A program made the translations under genes and the position numbers. This document shows positions 16,376-24,796 of a DNA stretch of 26,433 bases, one piece after another; within the stretch, counting starts at the first letter, position 1, and each line of letters starts with the position of its first letter. The notes below the pieces were generated by a model, which was given only the letters and a program-made list of their open reading frames with translations, had not been told where the DNA came from and ran no database searches. Source of the DNA: Candidatus Methylomirabilia bacterium (GTDB lineage: Bacteria; Methylomirabilota; Methylomirabilia; Rokubacteriales; CSP1-6); NCBI GenBank assembly GCA_041492755.1, contig JBGPXN010000056.1, forward strand, positions 1-26,433, read 5' to 3'.

Positions 16376-17521
16376 TTATCGAGGGCCGGGGGAGACGTCA
16401 TCAGGGACGACCTCGGATGGTACTGCATAACGTGCGAGAAACCCAGCGCGAAATGCCGCAAAGTCGCCTCGTGCGATCGCGTCCCGCATCGCCGCCATGA
16501 GCCCGAGGAAGAAGTGGAGGTTGTGCACCGTGAAGAGCCGGTACGCGAGCAGCTCCTCGGCCATGAACAGGTGGCGCAGGTAGGCGCGCGTGAAGCGCCG
16601 GCACGCGTAGCACGCGCAGTCCTCCTGGAGTGGGCGCGCGTCGCGCCGGTAGCGCGCCTGCTTGATCGTGACGGGTCCGTCCGCGGTGAAGCACTGCCCG
16701 TTCCGCGCGTTGCGCGTGGGCAGCACGCAGTCGAAGAGGTCGACGCCGCGCGCGACCGCCTCCACCAGGTCCTCCGGCTTGCCCACGCCCATGAGATAGC
16801 GTGGCTGTGTCGCGGGCAGCCGCGTCGCCACCGCCTCGGTGAGGTCGTACATGACGGGCTTGGGTTCGCCGACCGCCATCCCGCCGATCGCGTAGCCATC
16901 GAAGCCGAGCCCGACCACGGCCGCGGCTGCCCGCTCGCGCAGATCGGCCCACGTGCCGCCCTGAACGATGCCGAAGAGCGCCTGTCCGCCCGGACCTCGG
17001 GCGTGCGCCGCCTTGGCGCGCTCCGCCCAGCGCATCGTGAGCTCCAGCGAGCGCGCGGCGGTGGCGTGATCGGCCGGATTGGCCAGACATTCGTCGAGCG
17101 GATGGATGACGTCGGAGCCGAGCGCCTGCTGGACCTCGATGGACAGCTCGGGCGACAGAAAATGCGTGGAGCCATCCTGCGGCGACCGGAACTCTACGCC
17201 GGCCTCGCTGATCTTGCGAAGCCGCGCGAGGCTGAAGACCTGGAAGCCGCCGGAGTCGGTCAGGATCGGGCCGTCCCACGCCATGAAGCGGTGAAGCCCG
17301 CCGAGCTCCCGGACGAGCTCGTGTCCGGGCCGCAGCATGAGGTGGTACGTGTTCGCGAGCACGATCTGGACGCCCGCCTCGCGCAGCTCGTCGGGCGTCA
17401 CGCTCCTGACCGTCCCCAGCGTGCCGACCGGCATGAACGTCGGCGTGTCGACCACGCCGCGGGCCGTGTGCAAACGCCCGCGGCGGGCGGCGCCGTCGGA
17501 ACGGAGCAGCTCGAACTTCAC
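16376..17521 (-). CDS. tgt: tRNA-guanine(34) transglycosylase
   Basis: TPTFMPVGT, LANTYHL, TDSGGFQVFSL, FGIVQGG, PRYLMGVG, FDCVLPTRNARNG, CACYAC Zn site. Confidence 0.98.
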   Translation of the reverse strand: MKFELLRSDGAARRGRLHTARGVVDTPTFMPVGTLGTVRSVTPDELREAGVQIVLANTYHLMLRPGHELVRELGGLHRFMAWDGPILTDSGGFQVFSLARLRKISEAGVEFRSPQDGSTHFLSPELSIEVQQALGSDVIHPLDECLANPADHATAARSLELTMRWAERAKAAHARGPGGQALFGIVQGGTWADLRERAAAAVVGLGFDGYAIGGMAVGEPKPVMYDLTEAVATRLPATQPRYLMGVGKPEDLVEAVARGVDLFDCVLPTRNARNGQCFTADGPVTIKQARYRRDARPLQEDCACYACRRFTRAYLRHLFMAEELLAYRLFTVHNLHFFLGLMAAMRDAIARGDFAAFRAGFLARYAVPSEVVPDDVSPGPR

Positions 17522-17573
17522 GCGGCCACGGGATGGATCATGCCCTCAACGTCGAGCCACGCGCAGCGTCGCG

Positions 17574-18599
17574 TCATACGATCAGCGTCGCGTCGCCGTA
17601 CGAGTAGAACCGATAGCCGGCGTGGACGGCATGCGCGTACGCCTTGTGCACGAGCTCGCGCCCGGCGAACGCGGCCACCAGCACGAGGAGCGACGAGCGC
17701 GGCAGGTGAAAGTTGGTGAGCAGCGCGTCCACGACCTGAAAGGAGTGACCCGGCATGATGTAAAGGTCCACCGTGCCGGATCGCGGCTCCACCCGCCCGC
17801 CGACGACGGCGCCCTCGAGCGCCCGCGTGGTGGTGGTGCCGACCGCGACGATGCGACGCCCGGCGCGCTTCGCCGCATTCACGGCGTCGGCCACCGCAGG
17901 CGAAATCGTGACACGCTCGGGTCCCAGGACGTGTTCGCGCACATCGGCGGCCTTGATCGGCCGGAACGTGGCCGGCCCCACGTGCAGCGTCACCGCGTGC
18001 ACCTCGACGCCGCGACCGCGCAGTGCGTCCAGCATCGCGGGGCTGAAGTGCAGACCTGCCGTCGGCGCCGCGACTGAGCCGGGCGGGCCGGCATAGACGG
18101 TCTGATACCGCTCGCGGTCCTCCGGCGCCGGCGCGGCGAAGTGTGCGATGTACGGTGGCAGCGGCGGCAGTCCGTGGCGCTCCATGAGATCGAGAACGGT
18201 GCCGTCGAGGCGCTCGATCTCACGCAATCCATCCTCGGCCACGGCGACGACCGACAGCCGCGCCCCCCCGCCGGCTTCGATGAGCGCGCGCGGTCGGAAT
18301 CGCCTACCCGGTCGCACCAGTGCCCGCCAGCGCGTGTCGGTCACGGGCTCGACGAAGAGCAGTTCCACCGCGCGCCCGCCGGCATCGCGGCCCAGGATCC
18401 GCGCCGGAAGCACGCGCGAATCGTTCACGACGAGGCAGTCACCTCGACGGAGCAAGTCGGGCAAGTCGGCGAAGCCGTGATCGGAAAGCGCGCCGCGGGC
18501 ACGGTTGATCACGAGTAGTCGCGCAGCGTCCCGGATGGCCGCCGGATGCTGGGCGATCGCGGAGGCAGGCAGCGAGTAGTCGAAGTCTTCGAGCCGCAC
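17574..18599 (-). CDS. queA: S-adenosylmethionine:tRNA ribosyltransferase-isomerase
   Basis: DFDYSLP, PLPPYI, RYQTVYA, SVAAPTAGLHF, TLHVG, AVGTTTTRALE, TNFHLPRS, YRFYSYGDA. Confidence 0.98.
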   Translation of the reverse strand: MRLEDFDYSLPASAIAQHPAAIRDAARLLVINRARGALSDHGFADLPDLLRRGDCLVVNDSRVLPARILGRDAGGRAVELLFVEPVTDTRWRALVRPGRRFRPRALIEAGGGARLSVVAVAEDGLREIERLDGTVLDLMERHGLPPLPPYIAHFAAPAPEDRERYQTVYAGPPGSVAAPTAGLHFSPAMLDALRGRGVEVHAVTLHVGPATFRPIKAADVREHVLGPERVTISPAVADAVNAAKRAGRRIVAVGTTTTRALEGAVVGGRVEPRSGTVDLYIMPGHSFQVVDALLTNFHLPRSSLLVLVAAFAGRELVHKAYAHAVHAGYRFYSYGDATLIV

Positions 18600-18715
18600 C
18601 GCCGGTCAGTGTACCTGACGCCTCTCGTCCCGACCGGGCGCGCCGCCACGCCAGCCCGGTCGGCGCCCGGCGCGGCAATGCGGCACGACGGCGGGACCGA
18701 AGCCCGGGCCATGCT

Positions 18716-18827
18716 GTGCCCGCCACCACCCAGCGCTACCAACTGCAACTGGACCGCCGCAAACGGACTCGGCACGTCGGGCGTGATCAATGAGGCGCTC
18801 GCCGCCTACCGGCAGCGTCGAAAATGA
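18716..18827 (+). pseudogene. Possible ribbon-helix-helix (CopG-like) gene remnant
   Basis: GTG-PATTQRYQLQLD (ribbon-like strand), then in a shifted frame AANGLGTSGVINEALAAYRQRRK* (helix B-like). Helix A appears to be missing. Confidence 0.35.
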
Positions 18828-18844
18828 CCGAGGTGCCCAGCGGG

Positions 18845-18923
18845 TCAACCGATCTTGGAGCCCGGCGTAACGGGCTGATCGGGACGGAGTAGGATCACCT
18901 CGCCCGCCTCGTTGGACGCTCAC
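18845..18923 (-). pseudogene. CsaA/Trbp111-type tRNA-binding protein remnant (C-terminal 24 aa)
   Basis: A GTG at 18923 is followed, out of frame, by ASNEAGEVILLRPDQPVTPGSKIG*, matching the typical tRNA-binding OB-fold C-terminus (xxGxVxLLxPDxxVxxGxxI). Confidence 0.7.
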
Positions 18924-18945
18924 GGGTCGCGGCTGACGGGCGGGA

Positions 18946-20100
18946 TCAGCGCCGAGTCAGGACCGGGCTGAGCGTTCCGAAAACGGCACCCGGATAGTAG
19001 TACTCGAGGATCTGACGCGCGCGGTAGCCCTGCTCCGCCATGCCCTTGCTGCCCCACTGACACATGCCGACCCCGTGGCCGTAGCCGCGGCCGGCGAACC
19101 GCGCCGTCTGCCCGTCCACGGCGACGGCGAAGAGCGTGCTCTTGAGCACGTCGTAGCCGACGATGCGACGAAAATCGTTGCCGCGCAGCCGCACGGTGCC
19201 GCGCGTCCCGGTCACGGTGACGACGGTCGCGCGCAGCGATCGCGTCCGCTCGGACACCTGGATGGCCGTCACCGTCCCGACGGCGGTGGCGTTCCGGCGC
19301 AGCAGCTCGGACAGGTCGGCGAGCTTCACGTCGAGGTTCCAGTAGAAGTGCGGAGAGCCGGCGGAGAACGGGCAGACGACGGGACGGAGCGCGGGGAGAT
19401 TGCGCGCCGCGAAGACCAGGCGTGGATCCTCGGTGTAGCCGCCGCTCTCGGTGTGATAGAAAGCCGGGAACAGCTCGCCTTCCCAGAACAGCACCTGGCC
19501 GTGTGTTTCCTGCACGGCGGTCCAGGCCGGCGAAGACGCCGGCACGAGGCCGGCGTACTGCTGGTGCGCGGTGGACGCCACCAGGTGGTACGGCTTGCCG
19601 GCGTTGAGGGTGCGATGGTAGGCGGCGTACGTGCGGGCGACGATGGCCTGGGCGCGGAGCGCCTCCTGCGGCCAGCGGTCACTGCTCTCGGCCCGGAGCA
19701 CGCCGACCAGGTAGTCTTCCAGCGGCAGCTCGTTGACGATGGCCATCGCGTCGCCGTTGCGCACGAGCTCGATGACGCCGGGATAGTCGCGGCCGTTGAC
19801 CCGGATCGCGCGCTCCCCGCGGAGGCGAAAGCCGGCGGCGCGCCGGCCGTCGATCTCGATCGCGCCATTGGCGGCGACCGCGCGCACGGCGTCCGTGCGC
19901 CACGGCTGACGCACGCACCCCGCACACCCCCCGAGCTCGACGACCGCGAGGCCGACGCCACGCAGCTCGGCCGACCGCGTGTTCTCCACGACCGCGACGC
20001 GGATGAGACCGGAGGCAGCGGCGGGGGAAACGGTTCCCAGGAGGACGGCGAGGGCGGCGAGGATCAGGCGAGCGGCGATCAGCGCCGCCCGAGCAACCAC
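18946..20100 (-). CDS. SpoIID/LytB domain lytic transglycosylase-like protein
   Basis: Signal peptide, IVNELPLEDYLVGVLRAE, EALRAQAIVARTYA, GRGYGHGVGMCQWG, QILEYYYPG. Start uncertain (GTG at 20100 chosen). Confidence 0.9.
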   Translation of the reverse strand: MVARAALIAARLILAALAVLLGTVSPAAASGLIRVAVVENTRSAELRGVGLAVVELGGCAGCVRQPWRTDAVRAVAANGAIEIDGRRAAGFRLRGERAIRVNGRDYPGVIELVRNGDAMAIVNELPLEDYLVGVLRAESSDRWPQEALRAQAIVARTYAAYHRTLNAGKPYHLVASTAHQQYAGLVPASSPAWTAVQETHGQVLFWEGELFPAFYHTESGGYTEDPRLVFAARNLPALRPVVCPFSAGSPHFYWNLDVKLADLSELLRRNATAVGTVTAIQVSERTRSLRATVVTVTGTRGTVRLRGNDFRRIVGYDVLKSTLFAVAVDGQTARFAGRGYGHGVGMCQWGSKGMAEQGYRARQILEYYYPGAVFGTLSPVLTRR

Positions 20101-20294
20101 ACCAGAAGGCTCAGCACCACGCTGACGAGCAGGCTGGTGGCAAGCGGGAAGTAGAAGCGCCAATTCCCCCGCTCGACGTAGACGTCGCCGGGTAGGCGGC
20201 CGAGCCACGGCACCCGCCCCACCAGCAGAAGCACGACTCCCACCAGCGTGACCAGGATCCCGACGGTGATCACGAGCTTCGCGATGTCCGTCAT
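20079..20294 (-). CDS. DUF2905 family small membrane protein
   Basis: LGRLPGDVYVERGNWRFYFPLATSLLVSVVLSL; usual position after ruvB. Confidence 0.92.
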   Translation of the reverse strand: MTDIAKLVITVGILVTLVGVVLLLVGRVPWLGRLPGDVYVERGNWRFYFPLATSLLVSVVLSLLVWLLGRR

Positions 20295-20306
20295 CCCTCG
20301 CGTCCG

Positions 20307-21356
20307 TCACTGGAAGAGCCCGGTCTGGCCCCCCGGCGTGCCGGTCGAAGCCGCCGGCGTGCGTCCGAGGTGCAGGAAGGCCTCGCGCGTCACGCGCCGG
20401 CCGGCCGGCGTGCGCACCACGAACCCGATCTTGAGCAAGTACGGTTCCACCAGCTCGACGAGCGACTCCGCCTCGTCGTTGATCGTGGCCGCCACCGCTT
20501 CGATACCCACGGGCCCGCCGCCGTAGTGATCGATGACGGCCGTGAGGAACCGGCGGTCGAGCCGGTCGAGGCCGCGCGTGTCCACGCCTTCACGGTCGAG
20601 CGCGTCCCGGGCGATCTCGCGGGTGATCCGCCCGTCGCCCTTCACCTGCGCGTAGTCGCGGACGCGGCGCAGCAAGCGGTTCACGATGCGTGGCGTGCCC
20701 CGCGCGCGCCGCGCGATCTCCACCGCCCCCGCATCGTCCATGACCGCGTCGAGGATGGACGCCGAGCGCGTGACGATCCGCGCCAGCTCGGGCTCCGCGT
20801 AGAAATCCAGGTGGTGAAAGATGCCGAAGCGCTCGCGCAGCGGGGCCGACAGCATGCCGGGCCGGGTGGTGGCGGCGACGAGGGTGAACTTCTTGAGCTT
20901 GTACTGCAAGGACCGCGCGTTCATCCCGCGGTCCATCACGAAGTGGACGGTGAAGTCCTCCATCGCCGGGTACAACAGCTCCTCCACCACCCGCGGCAGC
21001 CGGTGCACCTCGTCGATGAAGAGCACGTCGTCCTCGCTCAGGTTCGTGAGAATACCCATCAGATCGGCGCCGCGCTCGATGGCCGGGCCGGAGGTCGTGA
21101 CGAGGTTCGTCGTCATCTCGTTGGCGATGACGCCGGCCAGCGTCGTCTTGCCGAGTCCCGGCGGGCCATAAAGCAACACGTGATCCACGCATTCGCCGCG
21201 GAGTCGGGCCGCCTCCACCGACACGCGCAGGCTCGCCACCGCTTCTTCCTGGCCGACGTATTCCGCGAACGATCGCGGCCGGAGCTGGCGCTCGAACTGC
21301 GCCTCTTCCGGGGCGGCCGTGTGTCCCGTGATCGGGCCTTCGTCCGCCGGCGTCAC
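20307..21356 (-). CDS. ruvB: Holliday junction branch migration helicase RuvB
   Basis: LRPRSFAEYVGQ, LLYGPPGLGKTTLA, LFIDEVHRL, LYPAMEDF, RGTPRIVNRLLRRVRD. GTG start overlaps the ruvA stop (GTGA). Confidence 0.97.
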   Translation of the reverse strand: MTPADEGPITGHTAAPEEAQFERQLRPRSFAEYVGQEEAVASLRVSVEAARLRGECVDHVLLYGPPGLGKTTLAGVIANEMTTNLVTTSGPAIERGADLMGILTNLSEDDVLFIDEVHRLPRVVEELLYPAMEDFTVHFVMDRGMNARSLQYKLKKFTLVAATTRPGMLSAPLRERFGIFHHLDFYAEPELARIVTRSASILDAVMDDAGAVEIARRARGTPRIVNRLLRRVRDYAQVKGDGRITREIARDALDREGVDTRGLDRLDRRFLTAVIDHYGGGPVGIEAVAATINDEAESLVELVEPYLLKIGFVVRTPAGRRVTREAFLHLGRTPAASTGTPGGQTGLFQ

Positions 21357-22006
21357 GGCTTTGCGCTCCGGTAGATCTCGTCGAACAGCGCCTCGGCCGT
21401 GTCGAGCTCGGGCCGGCGCTTGAAGGCATCCGCGATGAGCTGCGACGCCTCGCTCGGGCGGTGGCCGAGCTGCTTGACGAGCACCTCCCACACCATCTCG
21501 CGGAGTGCCTCCGGGCCCGGCGCGCTCACCGTCGGCGACACCACCGCGGCCGGGACGGCACCGTCGCGGGCGAGGGCGAACTTGGAGACCTTTCCCTGCA
21601 ACTGGGCCACCATGTTCTTCGCCTTCTGGGGTCCGATGCCGGGGAGCGAGCGCAGATACTTCTCGTCCTGACGCGCGATGGCCGCCGCGATCTCCCCCAC
21701 GCTCGTGGCCAGCGAGCGCGCGGCCACCATCGGCCCCATGTCCTTCACCGTGATGAGCTTCTCGAAGAACTCGCGGTCGAGCTCGGACGTGAAGCCGATG
21801 AGCACGGGCCGGGGCTGGTCCCGAGTGGCGTGGTAGTAGGTCACCAGCACCACCTCGTCGGCCTTGTCTCCATCGCCCGCGGTCAGCTCGGACAATTGCC
21901 GCATGGCCACCGGCGGCACGAACACCTCGTAGCCGATGCCGCCACACTCGAGCACGATCCGATCGTCGAGCCGGCGCCGCAGCCGGCCACGTAGCGACGA
22001 GATCAT
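21353..22006 (-). CDS. ruvA: Holliday junction DNA-binding protein RuvA
   Basis: MISSLRG, GGIGYEVFVP, FFEKLITVKDMGP, LRSLPGIGPQKA. ATG overlaps the ruvC stop (ATGA). Confidence 0.92.
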   Translation of the reverse strand: MISSLRGRLRRRLDDRIVLECGGIGYEVFVPPVAMRQLSELTAGDGDKADEVVLVTYYHATRDQPRPVLIGFTSELDREFFEKLITVKDMGPMVAARSLATSVGEIAAAIARQDEKYLRSLPGIGPQKAKNMVAQLQGKVSKFALARDGAVPAAVVSPTVSAPGPEALREMVWEVLVKQLGHRPSEASQLIADAFKRRPELDTAEALFDEIYRSAKP

Positions 22007-22503
22007 CGACGCATCCGGAGCAGGCCGGTGACCGCCAGCGCGAGCGCGTCGGCGACGTGCGAGGGATGCGGCGTGTCCGGCAGGCCGAGCAGGCGCTGCA
22101 CGCAACGGGCAACCTGCTCCTTGCCGGCGCGCCCGTTGGCCGTCACCACGCGCTTGACCTCGGCGGGCGCGAGCGAGACCACGGGAACACGGCCTTGCCG
22201 GGCGGCGAGGCAGATCACGCCGCGGGCGTGGGCCATCAGGAGCGCGGTGCGCGGAAACGCGTACTCGGTGTAGAGGTCTTCGAGGATCATGGCCGCCGGC
22301 TGATGCGTGTTCACCAGGCGCGCCAGCCCTTCGTGCAGGACGTGCAGCCGTTCTTCGAGAGACAGGGTCGGGCTCGTCTCGATGGTGCCCCAGTCGGTGG
22401 CAGCGAACCGACTGCCGGCCGATTCGACCAGCCCATAGCCGGTGGCGACGAGGCCGGGGTCGACGCCGAGAATGCGGGCGCCGGAGGCGGGAACCTCAGG
22501 CAG
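22003..22503 (-). CDS. ruvC: Crossover junction endodeoxyribonuclease RuvC (probable non-canonical CTG start)
   Basis: The frame extends upstream of the ORF-track call: RILGVDPGLVATGYG...ILEDL...ARGVI...EVKRVVTANGRAGKEQV...ADALALA. No in-frame ATG/GTG/TTG precedes RILGVDPG. Confidence 0.9.
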   Translation of the reverse strand: MPEVPASGARILGVDPGLVATGYGLVESAGSRFAATDWGTIETSPTLSLEERLHVLHEGLARLVNTHQPAAMILEDLYTEYAFPRTALLMAHARGVICLAARQGRVPVVSLAPAEVKRVVTANGRAGKEQVARCVQRLLGLPDTPHPSHVADALALAVTGLLRMRR

Positions 22504-23248
22504 CCGAGATGGCCTCGATGACCTCGTCGGGGATGTCGTAGTTCGCGTTGACCGCCTGGACGTCGTCCAGCTCCTCGAGCGCCTCTACCAACCGCAAGAC
22601 CTGAGGCGCGTCCTTACCCTCCACCCGCACCGTGGACTGGGGGACGAACGTCACCTCTGCCTCGAGCACGGGGACGCGCTTGGTGGCCAGCGCGCTCCGC
22701 ACCGCGTCCATTTCAGCAGGCGTGGTCGTGATCTCGAAAGCTTTTTCGACCCGCCGCATGTCGGTGGCGCCCGCCTCGAGCGCGACGCCGAGCACATCGT
22801 CCTCGCTCACTTTCTCGGCGTCCACCAGAATGACGCCCTTGCGCTCGAACATCCAGGCGACCGAGCCCGACGCGCCCATGTTGCCGCCGTGCTTCTCGAA
22901 GACGTGCCGGATCTCGGGGGCGGTGCGGTTGCGGTTGTCGGTGAGCACCTGGATCAGGAGGGCGACCCCACCGGGCGCGTAGCCCTCGTAGGTGATCTCT
23001 TCGTAGGACTCTCCGGGCAGCTCACCCGTGCCCTTCTGGATCGCGCGCTTGATGTTCTCTTGCGGCATGTTCGCTTCCTTGGCCGACTCCATCGCCGCCT
23101 TCAGGCGCATGTTGGCCTTGGCGTCACCGCCGCCATTGCGCGCGGCCACGGTGATCTCGCGCAGGATCTTCGAGAAGAGCTTCCCGCGCTGGACGTCCGT
23201 CTTGCCCTTCTTCCGCTTGATCTGCGACCATCGCGAATGCCCTGACAT
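22496..23248 (-). CDS. yebC: YebC/PmpR family protein
   Basis: MSGHSRWSQIKRKKG, YEGYAPGG, TDNRNRT, GSVAWMFERKG, LEELDDVQ. Confidence 0.97.
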   Translation of the reverse strand: MSGHSRWSQIKRKKGKTDVQRGKLFSKILREITVAARNGGGDAKANMRLKAAMESAKEANMPQENIKRAIQKGTGELPGESYEEITYEGYAPGGVALLIQVLTDNRNRTAPEIRHVFEKHGGNMGASGSVAWMFERKGVILVDAEKVSEDDVLGVALEAGATDMRRVEKAFEITTTPAEMDAVRSALATKRVPVLEAEVTFVPQSTVRVEGKDAPQVLRLVEALEELDDVQAVNANYDIPDEVIEAISAA

Positions 23249-23251
23249 CGC

Positions 23252-23660
23252 CTATCCCCCCTCGCCCGTGATCGTCGCCCGCAACCGCTTCACCCGTTCC
23301 AGCCTGGCCTCGCGACGCCCCAGCGCCGCACCTCGCCCGGCGTTTGCGGGGTAAACGTCGGGCATGGCTGCGGATGCAAGCGTCCGCGGTCGGCGCCCAG
23401 GTGGACGTACACCTGGAACGCCGTGCACGCATGCCGCACCTCTCCGGTGGACGGGACTTCCGCCAGGACCTTGACCCCCACCTCGAGGGACGAGGTGCCC
23501 ACGTGGTTGAGCCCGGCCTTGAAGGTCACCACCTCGTGCGTGTAGATCGGCGAATGATCCACTGCACCATCCGGCCACCGTGGATCTGTCCGGGCGCCCC
23601 GGCATACTCGGGGAACACCCAGTGGATCATCTCGACCGCGGTGTCTGCAATCGATGGCAT
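23252..23660 (-). pseudogene. Acyl-CoA thioesterase (hotdog fold), internally deleted, two frame breaks
   Basis: Three frames in succession: MPSIADTAVEMIHWVFPEYAGAPGQIHGGRMVQWI | SPIYTHEVVTFKAGLNHVGTSSLEVGVKVLAE...TPGEVRRW | AALGRREARLERVKRL...*. Breaks near 23555 and 23325. Confidence 0.85.
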
Positions 23661-23727
23661 TCCCACACCTGACGGACGAACGCCCCGCTGCGCGCTGGGG
23701 CTCGGCCTCTTTTAACATGGTCACTTC

Positions 23728-24549
23728 ATGATTGCCAGCCTCCTCCTCCTCGCGACCCTCACCACCGCGCCGGCGGTGGCGGACCCACCCTGCCTCGACG
23801 CCGATCGCATGGCGTTCGTGCCGGCCGGCCGGTTCTGGATGGGAAGCGACCGCACCGAGCGCACGCTCGCCGCCAGCCTGGCGGCGCGGGCCGACTGGCT
23901 CCGGGCCGAGCGCCCACGCCAGCGCCTCAGCCTGCCGGCGTACTGCATCGATCGCTTTCTCGTCACCCACGCCGAGTACGCCGCCTTCGTCACGGCCACC
24001 CGCCATCCCCGGCCCGCGGCGGGTCCCGGCCCCTCGCTCCGCCCCGACCGCAAGCCCGAGGAGTCCGATCAACAGATTGCGCGGTACCTGTGGCACCGCG
24101 GCGAGCCGCCGGACAGCCGGAGCCAGCACCCCGTCGTGCTCGTCCGCGCCGCCGACGCCGAGGCGTACTGCCGGTGGCGGCACTTCTCCTTTCGCCTTCC
24201 GACGGAAGCGCAGTGGGAGCGCGCCGCGCGGGGTGATGGCGGCTGGGTGTTTCCGTGGGGCAACCGCTGGTCGGCGAATCGGCTCAACAGCGCCGGCGGC
24301 GGCCACCGCGGCACCACGGCGATCGACCGGTACCCGGCGGGCGCGAGCTTCCACGGAATGTTCGACGCCGTCGGCAACGTCTATCAATGGACGGCGACCG
24401 CGCTCGACGCCAATCGCCGGGTGGTCAAGGGCTGCGCGTGGGACGACCCGCCCGGCGCGTGCCGCCCTGCCCGCCGACTCGCCCGCGACTCCGACAGCCC
24501 CGACATCCTGCTGGGCTTTCGCTGCGCGGCCCCGCCCGCCGACCCGTAA
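23728..24549 (+). CDS. Formylglycine-generating enzyme family (SUMF1/FGE-sulfatase domain) secreted protein
   Basis: Signal peptide, VPAGRFWMGS, HPVVLV...AEAYCRW...FRLPTEAQWERAARG, FPWG, DAVGNVYQW, LGFRCA. Confidence 0.92.
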   Translation: MIASLLLLATLTTAPAVADPPCLDADRMAFVPAGRFWMGSDRTERTLAASLAARADWLRAERPRQRLSLPAYCIDRFLVTHAEYAAFVTATRHPRPAAGPGPSLRPDRKPEESDQQIARYLWHRGEPPDSRSQHPVVLVRAADAEAYCRWRHFSFRLPTEAQWERAARGDGGWVFPWGNRWSANRLNSAGGGHRGTTAIDRYPAGASFHGMFDAVGNVYQWTATALDANRRVVKGCAWDDPPGACRPARRLARDSDSPDILLGFRCAAPPADP

Positions 24550-24596
24550 GCTCCCGGCCGGCGAGCCGCGGACGGCAGCACAGCGCTTCAGCTCGC

Positions 24597-24625
24597 TTGA
24601 CCGCGCTTGGGGGCGGCACTACTCT
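24597..24625 (+). promoter_or_regulatory. sigma70 promoter of the solute-binding protein gene
   Basis: TTGACC (24597-24602), 17-nt spacer, TACTCT (24620-24625). Confidence 0.65.
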
Positions 24626-24796
24626 CCCCACCGCACGGCGCACGATATCCGCGAGTCCCGGGCCGGGGAAAACCCGACGACGACTTGGCGATTCGTGAGC
24701 CGCGGTGAACGACCCATCGCGGAAAACGCGGCCGAGGTGACTCAGTCGGCCCACGTTCGTGACCGCCGGTTGGACGGCGCTCAAAGGAGGATCGGA

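Noticed and set aside
1202..17719. Very long plus-strand ORFs (1202-3886, 5261-7819, 11306-13495, 15458-17719)
   Set aside because: They are antisense shadows of recognisable minus-strand genes, common in high-GC DNA, and carry no family motifs.
18946..20100. Sporulation capacity from the SpoIID domain
   Set aside because: SpoIID/LytB proteins between ruvB and queA are common in non-sporulating bacteria.
23252..23660. Programmed frameshifting in the thioesterase
   Set aside because: No slippery site, two separate breaks, and conserved sequence is physically missing.
24380..24796. Diversity-generating retroelement targeting the FGE/C-type-lectin-fold gene
   Set aside because: No template-repeat copy of its 3' end and no reverse transcriptase in the window.
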